In this document: in pieces, positions 57,139 through 64,000 of the stretch
Layout of the letters: every line of letters starts with the position of its first letter
How positions within the stretch are numbered: the first letter of the stretch is position 1
Assembly: GCA_029974275.1 (NCBI GenBank)
Contig: JARKSN010000175.1
Span: 21,545 to 85,544, forward strand
Reading direction: 5' to 3'
Length of the DNA stretch: 64,000 nt
DNA from: Candidatus Hydrogenedentota bacterium
GTDB lineage: Bacteria; Hydrogenedentota; Hydrogenedentia; Hydrogenedentales; SLHB01
Translations under genes and position numbers: made by a program
Notes under the pieces: model-generated
Database searches by the model: none
Seen by the model: only the letters and a program-made list of their open reading frames with translations
Told to the model about the DNA's origin: nothing

Positions 57139-59123
57139 GTGCGTCAGACAAGGGCAAGACGGCGGCGGTTGGCGCCGCGCTCATGGCCCTGTGCGCGATC
57201 ATTTACGGGCAGACGCTGCGGCATGACTTCATCAATTTTGACGATGTCGCCTACGTGACATCCAATTCCGTCGTCCAGGCAGGACTTACGTGGCGCGGCG
57301 CGGTCTGGGCGTTCACCCAAGTTCATGCGTCGAACTGGCATCCGCTGACCTGGCTCAGCCACATGCTCGACTGTCAGCTATTTGGCCTGCATGCGGGGGG
57401 GCATCATCTCATCAATCTGCTGTTGCATGCCGTCAACGCCACGCTGCTTTTTCTAGTGCTGCGCCGCATGACGGGCGCGTTCTGGGCGGCGGCGTGCGTT
57501 GCCGCATTGTTCGCGGCGCATCCGCTGCATGTCGAATCGGTGGCTTGGGCGGCCGAACGCAAGGACGTGCTGAGCGCGTTTTTCTGGCTGCTGACCATGG
57601 CCGCCTACGCAACGTATGTTTCGAGGCCTTCGCTGGGCCGCTATGCATTCGTCTGCGGGTTCTTCGCGCTGGGCCTGATGGCCAAACCCATGGTCGTGAC
57701 GCTGCCCTTTGTGTTGTTGTTGCTCGATTATTGGCCGCTGCGCCGATGGAGCGAAGACGATCCTGCGCGCGATCTTCCGCGTTTGGTCGTGGAAAAAATT
57801 CCGCTTCTGCTTCTATCGGCGCTTTCGTGCGGGATCACGCTGTTGGCGCAACGCGGCGCGGTCACGAGCGCGGACGTTCTTCCGTTTTCGACGCGCGCCT
57901 CAAACGCCATGGTCGCCTACGCGGTCTACGCGTGGAAAACGATCTGGCCGTGGCCGATGTCCGTGATGTATCCCTACCCCGTCTCCGGACGCCCCGCGTG
58001 GCAGGTGATAACGGCGATCGCGGCGTTGGCGGCAGTGACGCTTGGCGCGCTAGCCCTGCGTCGGAAGGCTCCGTATGCGTTGATCGGTTGGCTGTGGTTT
58101 CTGGGCGCGCTGGTTCCGGTCATTGGCTTCGTGCAGGTCGGCGCGCAGGCGTACGCCGACCGCTATACCTACGTGCCGCTGATCGGGTTATTCATTGTCA
58201 TGGCGTACGCCGCTGCCGACTTCGTGCGCGACCGGCGCGCGCTGCAAAGCGCGGCGATCTGCGTTGCCGTCGCGGCGATCGCTGTGTGCACGGCAGGCGC
58301 AACGGTGCAAGCGCGCTATTGGCGAGACAGTGAAACCTTGCTGGCTCACTGCGCGCGCGTGGCGCCGAGCAGCACCGCCTTCAACAATCTTGGCGCGGCG
58401 CTCGAACAACGCGGCGATACGGATGCCGCCCTCGCGTGCTACCGCGACGGCGTCCGCGCGGACGCAGCCGACCCGCGCGCCCGCGCGAATCTGGGGCGGT
58501 TGCTCGGGAAATATGGGCCACACAAAGAGGCCGAGGCCCACCTCGCCGAAGCCATTCGACTAAGCGGCGCGCGGCCCACCCAGGCCCGATCGAGTTTGGC
58601 GGACCTGTACGCGAAACAAGGGAAACGCGCGGAGGCGAAGACGCTTTTCGAAGAGGCGCTGCGTTTTGATCCCAACGATGCCATCGCGTGGAATGGGCTG
58701 GGGCGGTTGCACGCCGAGCAAGGACGACTGGCCGATGCCTTGCCGTGTTTCGAGACGGCGGTGCGTCTTGGGGGCGGCGCGAGCGCCTGCTCCAATCTTG
58801 GCGGACTATACACGCAAATGGGGCGTTTTGACGAAGCGCTCGCGCAATTCAACGAGGCGCTGCGCCTCGATCCCTCCAATGCCAGCGCTCACGGCAATCT
58901 GGGCGCGCTCCTTGCCCAACAGGGAAAATATGACGAAGCGCGTCGGCGCCTGGAGGAAGCCGTGCGCCTCGATCCCGCATACGATGCGGCGGCCAAGAAC
59001 CTTGCCAAGCTGCTCATCCAACAAGGCGACGCGGCGAACGCGGCGGCTCGTCTGCAAGACCTTCTTCAACGCACGCCCCATGATGCCGAAGTGCGCGCGC
59101 TGCTCGACGCAATGGCGCCATAG
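57135..59123 (+). CDS. Multi-pass GT-C-like membrane protein with C-terminal TPRs (TMTC-like), copy 2
   Basis: Same motifs (FDDVAY, NWHPLTW, HPLHVESVAW, ADRYTY); ATGA-coupled to copy 1. Confidence 0.85.
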   Translation: MSASDKGKTAAVGAALMALCAIIYGQTLRHDFINFDDVAYVTSNSVVQAGLTWRGAVWAFTQVHASNWHPLTWLSHMLDCQLFGLHAGGHHLINLLLHAVNATLLFLVLRRMTGAFWAAACVAALFAAHPLHVESVAWAAERKDVLSAFFWLLTMAAYATYVSRPSLGRYAFVCGFFALGLMAKPMVVTLPFVLLLLDYWPLRRWSEDDPARDLPRLVVEKIPLLLLSALSCGITLLAQRGAVTSADVLPFSTRASNAMVAYAVYAWKTIWPWPMSVMYPYPVSGRPAWQVITAIAALAAVTLGALALRRKAPYALIGWLWFLGALVPVIGFVQVGAQAYADRYTYVPLIGLFIVMAYAAADFVRDRRALQSAAICVAVAAIAVCTAGATVQARYWRDSETLLAHCARVAPSSTAFNNLGAALEQRGDTDAALACYRDGVRADAADPRARANLGRLLGKYGPHKEAEAHLAEAIRLSGARPTQARSSLADLYAKQGKRAEAKTLFEEALRFDPNDAIAWNGLGRLHAEQGRLADALPCFETAVRLGGGASACSNLGGLYTQMGRFDEALAQFNEALRLDPSNASAHGNLGALLAQQGKYDEARRRLEEAVRLDPAYDAAAKNLAKLLIQQGDAANAAARLQDLLQRTPHDAEVRALLDAMAP

Positions 59124-59165
59124 AATCTCCGCGGTTTTGGAACATCCCGCTCGCATCGGGTCATG

Positions 59166-61724
59166 TCAGCGCTTTGATGCGTTTCCAAAAAATTTTTCCA
59201 ACGCCAACACAACGCCTTTTTGCGGGCCTTTGACGATTTTGACGCCCGGCAACGATTCTAAAAACAGCTTGCCGTAGTGGCGGGTGACGATGCGTTTGTC
59301 GAGGACGACGATGGCGCCGCGGTCGGTCTTGCGGCGGATGAGGCGCCCGAAGCCTTGCCGGAATTTGATGACCGCCTGCGGCACGGTGTACTCCATGAAC
59401 GAGTTGCCCCCGGCTGCGTCGATGGCCTCGGCGCGCGCTTCGAGCACGGGCTCGGACGGCACGCGGAACGGCAGCTTCGGCAAGATCACGCACTGCAGCG
59501 CCTCGCCCGCGACGTCGACCCCTTCCCAAAAACTATCCGTCGCAAACAGCACGCTCGATAGGTCCTCGCGGAAGCGGTCGAGCAGGTGACTGCGCGAAGC
59601 GGCCCCCTGTTTGAGCGGCGTAATGCCCCACGCGCGCAGGTCGGTCTCGATTCGTCGAAAGCAATGATCGAGTGCATAAAACGACGTGAACAGCACGAGC
59701 GCGTGCCCGCGCGTAACGCGCAGGACATCGCGGATCGCCTGGGCGCTTTGTTCGAGAAACGCCTTGCTATCGGGCGCATCGAGATCCGTTGCGAGACACA
59801 ACATCGCCTGTCGCTCGAAGTCGAAAGGCGACCCCAGCGCGGAGCCGTTCACCGGGCGCTCGCGCACCGCATCGAGACCAAGCCGCGAGTGCAAGAAATC
59901 GAAGCGCTGCCGCACCGACAACGTCGCGCTCGTCATCGCGACGCTCTTGAGGTTCGGGTATATCCACTCCGCCAAGGGCTTGCCGACGTCCAAGGGGCAC
60001 CGCACGATGCGCACGATGCTTTGGTTGTCCGAATCGATCTCGACCCAACGTACGGTGTTGGGCTGGATCGCGTCGCAGGCGCCCTCGGCGAGGACCTTGG
60101 CCATGCGCGCGAGCCGCTTCTGATAGCCGTCGAGTTGCAGCATCTCCGTCAACACCGGCGATTCCGCCTCGTCCCCTTCCGGCTTGACGTGGCGCAATCG
60201 GCGCGCGATCATCGCGCAAATCCGCACGCACTTTTCGATGTCCTCGACCGCAGGAATGACGTAGGCCTTGTGTATCTCGCGCAGTTCGGCGTCCTGCAAC
60301 ACTTCCGGCGTCAACCGCCACTTGATGTCGCGCCCGACCTGTTTGCAGCGTTCGGCCACGAGACTGCGCAGCGCGGCGAACGCCACGTCGATCCCTTCGC
60401 GCGCGGCGGCCAATGCCGGCCCCAACTGATTGTCGATGAGATCGAAATACTCGTCCGTCGCCTTCTTGTCGATACGTCCCGCGATCTGAATGACCTTGAG
60501 CCGCAGCAACGGAATCAGGCCTCGTTCGCGTCCGCGCTCCATGTGGATGAAGCGCCCGATGAGTTGCATCGCCCCGTTGCGAGTCGCTTCCACGCCGAGG
60601 TATTCCGTCGCGGAATCCTCGATGCTATGCGCCTCGTCGAAGATAACGCGCTGATACGCGGGCAGCACGGCGAGCGTCGTGAAGTTGCCCATCTCGTGTT
60701 TGACCGCAAGGTCGCTGAAGAGCATGTGATGATTCGCGACAATGATATCAGCCTTCGCGAGTTCGCGCCGCGCTTTGCTGACAAAGCATTTCGCCAGGTG
60801 CGCGCAGTGCGTGAAGTTGCAGGCGTCCGCTTCCGAACACACCCGCTCCCACACCGGACGCGGCGGCACAAACGGCAGGTCCGAGAGACTGCCGTCCTTG
60901 CTCGTTTTGATCCACTCCGACAGCGCGTTCAACGCGGCCTGATCGCCCGCATCGTCGAACAACGCCGACTCCGACAGCGCGCGCTCGAATTTGCGCCAGC
61001 AAACGTAATTGTGCCGCCCCTTCACGAGGACCGCGTTGAAAGGACGTTGGAGGCATTTCTCGATGACCGGCACGTCTTTGTGGACGATTTGCTCCTGCAA
61101 GTTGATCGTGCGCGTCGAGATGACCACGCGCTCTTTGTTGTCCAGCGCCCATTCGACGGCGGGCAGTAGATACGCAATGGTTTTGCCGACGCCCGTCGGC
61201 GCTTCGATGACCTCGATCCCCTCGTCATTGAACGCGCGCACGACGGCCCGCATCATCTCGGCCTGCTGCGGACGTAGTTCGAAGTGCGGCAATGCCCTCG
61301 CGAGCGGACCGTCCGCCGTCAGAACCGCGGCAAGCGCGGCGGAATCGAGATGGGCGCGCCGCGTATCCGTCAACGGTTCGACGACCACGTAGACGCGCTC
61401 GACCGCGTTGTCGACGATGTAGACGCCAATGCCGTTGAAGCCGAAGACCGACGCGAGTTCGAGGTCTGCCTCCGACGGTCCGATGCCGCCCGATGGATGG
61501 TTGTGGACGACGACCGATCCCTTCGGGATGCCTTCGAGAAACGCGGGCGCCGCGCCCTCGTGCCCACGCGACACCACCCGCACCGACTCGACCAAACCCT
61601 CGCCGTTCACCGTCCCCGCGAAAAAGACCTCGCGCCCGCCCGTCTCGCGAATCGACGCACGCATCGACGCGAGCGCCCGTTCGGTGAAACGTTGCGCCGA
61701 AGGTTCGCCTATCTCGGAAGGCAT
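59166..61724 (-). CDS. DinG/YoaA-family helicase with an N-terminal JAB/MPN domain
   Basis: APTGVGKT, KGRHNYVC, Fe-S-type Cys cluster, FDEAH, TSATL, FWEGVD and QGFGRLIR; N-terminal HNHPSG...SEAD. Confidence 0.9.
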   Translation of the reverse strand: MPSEIGEPSAQRFTERALASMRASIRETGGREVFFAGTVNGEGLVESVRVVSRGHEGAAPAFLEGIPKGSVVVHNHPSGGIGPSEADLELASVFGFNGIGVYIVDNAVERVYVVVEPLTDTRRAHLDSAALAAVLTADGPLARALPHFELRPQQAEMMRAVVRAFNDEGIEVIEAPTGVGKTIAYLLPAVEWALDNKERVVISTRTINLQEQIVHKDVPVIEKCLQRPFNAVLVKGRHNYVCWRKFERALSESALFDDAGDQAALNALSEWIKTSKDGSLSDLPFVPPRPVWERVCSEADACNFTHCAHLAKCFVSKARRELAKADIIVANHHMLFSDLAVKHEMGNFTTLAVLPAYQRVIFDEAHSIEDSATEYLGVEATRNGAMQLIGRFIHMERGRERGLIPLLRLKVIQIAGRIDKKATDEYFDLIDNQLGPALAAAREGIDVAFAALRSLVAERCKQVGRDIKWRLTPEVLQDAELREIHKAYVIPAVEDIEKCVRICAMIARRLRHVKPEGDEAESPVLTEMLQLDGYQKRLARMAKVLAEGACDAIQPNTVRWVEIDSDNQSIVRIVRCPLDVGKPLAEWIYPNLKSVAMTSATLSVRQRFDFLHSRLGLDAVRERPVNGSALGSPFDFERQAMLCLATDLDAPDSKAFLEQSAQAIRDVLRVTRGHALVLFTSFYALDHCFRRIETDLRAWGITPLKQGAASRSHLLDRFREDLSSVLFATDSFWEGVDVAGEALQCVILPKLPFRVPSEPVLEARAEAIDAAGGNSFMEYTVPQAVIKFRQGFGRLIRRKTDRGAIVVLDKRIVTRHYGKLFLESLPGVKIVKGPQKGVVLALEKFFGNASKR

Positions 61725-62061
61725 TGACGGAGTCCCGTGTTCTTGAAGAATGACGATGGCCCGGCATGCGCAGCCGGGCCGACCTATACGATGCCTGCAA
61801 ACACGGCAAGAGCCTATATCATTGCGGCGACCAAGACAAGGCGGGCCCGGCAAGGCTCATCGCGATCGACAGGGTCCAAGCGGATGCCGCCAATACGGCG
61901 AGCATGCAGATCGCGTTGGGCCAGATGCGGCGGTTCCCCCCGTCGAACGCCCCTCGCGTGTTGCCTCTGCGGAGACATCTCGCCGGAAAACGGCCTTCCA
62001 ACGGCTCCCTGCGCCTTCCGCGCCGCCTACGGATTGCGCGCGAACAGGCCGGAAAAAGCCG

Positions 62062-63636
62062 TCAGCCTTGCGCGATCGGACCCGCCTCCGCTTTTTTCAC
62101 AAAAAAGTCGATAACGCGATTCAGGCGAACAAAACCCAGGGCGCGAAGCTCGGCAACGTCCTCGGGCTTGATGAGCCGCATGGCGCGAATCAGCGCGAGG
62201 TATGCTGCGGCATATGCGACGACGATGGCGGCCATTCCGGCCTTTCCGACATGCGGTAGGAGCGGATAGGCGGCTCCCGCCAGGAGGGTCAGCAAGAGAC
62301 AAAACCGGGCGAAAAACGCTTGGGGAAAATAGATGCCTCCGATAAGGCGCGACACGACGTACAACCGGATGGGGATGGTGAGAAAAAACGTTCCAAAAAC
62401 GGCGCCCACCGCGCCATACATGCCGTACCGCGGGATGAGCAGATAGTCCAGCAGGAGATTCACGCCGATCGTCAGCAACATGAGCGGCTGCATGTTGAGG
62501 ATTTTTTCTTTGACCACGATGGCCATCGACAACGGAACGGAAAGTAGCCCCTGCATATGGACAAGGAAGAAAAGCGATGCGATGGGGCCCGCCTCTTTCA
62601 TCGGGTCGCCGAACAAGAGTCCGATGAGACGCGGCGCCGCGAAGAAACCAAAAATCGACACGGGCAGCACCGTGACGATGAGGGCCTTGTAATATGTGGC
62701 GATGAGCTTGGGCAGGCAGCCTTTGTCGCGCGAATAGGCCTCCGCGAAGCCGGACGTGAAGAGCGTCTGAAGACCCGAAGGCAGAAAGGTGATCAGTTGC
62801 AGCGGCAGGACGCAGCCCAAAGCGTACCACCCCACGACCGATTTCGAAAAGAAGACGCCGAGGAAAAACAATTCGGAATACTGCCGCATGAATACGTTCG
62901 CGATCGCGTTGATGAAGCTGGCCGACGCGATCTTGAGCGTTCGCCGCTTGCCGATGCCGTGACGCGGCGATTGCCAGTCGAGTCCACGCAAATACCGGCG
63001 CAGCAGGAACGCCTCGACGATCGCCACGGAAGACAGCGTCCCAATCTGTATCCAAAGCGCTGTATGGGGCGTTGGATGCGGCTTCAGCAACGCCAGCAAC
63101 AAGGAAAACCACAATAGCCCCTGAATCAGCGAAAGAGCCGACGTGGTGCGCACCTGAAACAGAGCCGTAAACGCATCGTCCATGAGCGTCTTGAACATGC
63201 GGGCCGCCGTGAAACCGACCACGATGATCAAGAGCGAACCAAACGCCACGTTGAACCAGGCGTCGAACTGGGGACGCATGACGAACAGCAAAACGCCGGC
63301 GCCCGTAACAGCCCCCATCTGTAGAAGGCCGGTCTTCAAAACCATTCGGACGATCCCCGCCCGATTCTTGTCGACCATCAATTCGGGAACGAAGCGGACC
63401 AAGGCCGTGTTCAGGCCCAGTCCGCAAAAAATGATGAGCGTCTCGCCAATGGTCAGGCACAGGCTGAGCACGCCGTACTTTTCCGGACCCAGCACGCGGG
63501 GGGTGAATATTTGGACGCCGAGAACGACGAGAAACAGGACGGCCTTGTTGAGAATGGCCCAAGTCGCCCCGCTAACCACCTTGTGCGAAAAGAACGCGCC
63601 TTCTGGCGCGGAAGTCGAACCGGCCGGATCCGTCAT
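62062..63636 (-). CDS. Oligosaccharide flippase (Wzx / MOP superfamily)
   Basis: Many TM segments; RVLGPEKYG, GLNTALVRF, VGWYAL and LIPRYGMYGA. Confidence 0.85.
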   Translation of the reverse strand: MTDPAGSTSAPEGAFFSHKVVSGATWAILNKAVLFLVVLGVQIFTPRVLGPEKYGVLSLCLTIGETLIIFCGLGLNTALVRFVPELMVDKNRAGIVRMVLKTGLLQMGAVTGAGVLLFVMRPQFDAWFNVAFGSLLIIVVGFTAARMFKTLMDDAFTALFQVRTTSALSLIQGLLWFSLLLALLKPHPTPHTALWIQIGTLSSVAIVEAFLLRRYLRGLDWQSPRHGIGKRRTLKIASASFINAIANVFMRQYSELFFLGVFFSKSVVGWYALGCVLPLQLITFLPSGLQTLFTSGFAEAYSRDKGCLPKLIATYYKALIVTVLPVSIFGFFAAPRLIGLLFGDPMKEAGPIASLFFLVHMQGLLSVPLSMAIVVKEKILNMQPLMLLTIGVNLLLDYLLIPRYGMYGAVGAVFGTFFLTIPIRLYVVSRLIGGIYFPQAFFARFCLLLTLLAGAAYPLLPHVGKAGMAAIVVAYAAAYLALIRAMRLIKPEDVAELRALGFVRLNRVIDFFVKKAEAGPIAQG

Positions 63637-63655
63637 GGCGCGGCGCGTCCCGATT

Positions 63656-64000
63656 TCACAGCGCGCACTCCTGCGGCCAGCGCTGTTTCTTCACCCAATG
63701 GTAGAGCGGCTTTCCCCTGGCGTCTTCGATGCGCAGCGTTGCATCGTCCTCGATAAAGACGCCTTGCCGCCGCCGGACGCGAACGGGCAGACGGACGGTC
63801 TTGACGAGACGCGTCGCTCGTTGGGGCGGATGCAACTCGGCCAGCAGCGCGTATAGTTTCGCCGTCCAGCCGCATACGGGCATGATGTCGCGCCAATCCG
63901 GAGGGGCTTTGGGCGTGCGCAACGCGCCAAACCCCTCGGCCGTGCGGAAAGCGCCCGACGGCAACGCATACTCCAGCGCCCGTGCGACGTGGGGAGCGAC
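63656..64000 (-). CDS. 3' end of an unidentified CDS running off the window
   Basis: Frame open from 64000 to a stop at 63656, ending 20 nt before the flippase start. Confidence 0.5.
   Translation of the reverse strand, partial: VAPHVARALEYALPSGAFRTAEGFGALRTPKAPPDWRDIMPVCGWTAKLYALLAELHPPQRATRLVKTVRLPVRVRRRQGVFIEDDATLRIEDARGKPLYHWVKKQRWPQECAL

Overview
High-GC bacterial chromosomal segment. The prepilin/H-X9-DG (DUF1559-type) gene, the UroD-like paralog and the TPR-bearing GT-C pair suggest Candidatus Hydrogenedentes or a PVC-like lineage (inference only). Most of the window is ordinary housekeeping and envelope/carbohydrate genes: amidase, GH116, manC, GH38, mscL, larB, miaB, a two-component pair, a PPIase, ftsA, glgP, glycosyltransferases, a DinG helicase and a flippase. 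The main accessory feature is a ~9.2-kb integrative element inserted at an initiator tRNA-Met (44757-44833) and bounded by an exact 50-bp direct repeat (35537-35586 / 44753-44802). It carries a tyrosine integrase with an atypical catalytic set, an excisionase-like gene, an SSB-like gene, an orphan nrdG with a possible glycyl-radical mini-ORF relic, and conflict-type cargo (AAA/DUF4143, MNT-HEPN, AlbA_2/Schlafen ATPase, an internally deleted TOTE-like primase-helicase). Next to it lies the collapsed relic of an older, related element at the same site. Other notable observations: a ~105-bp CTAG-bounded palindromic repeat present twice, 50 kb apart, each time overlapping a TAG stop codon; a 54-aa two-Cys peptide ORF divergent from two TMTC-like glycosyltransferases; a probably leaderless DUF2089 + SHOCT/TM/peptidase-like gene pair; and an orphan ftsA behind a large acidic coiled-coil protein. 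No CRISPR array, rRNA or phage structural genes were seen. All family assignments come from motif recognition by eye, not from database searches.
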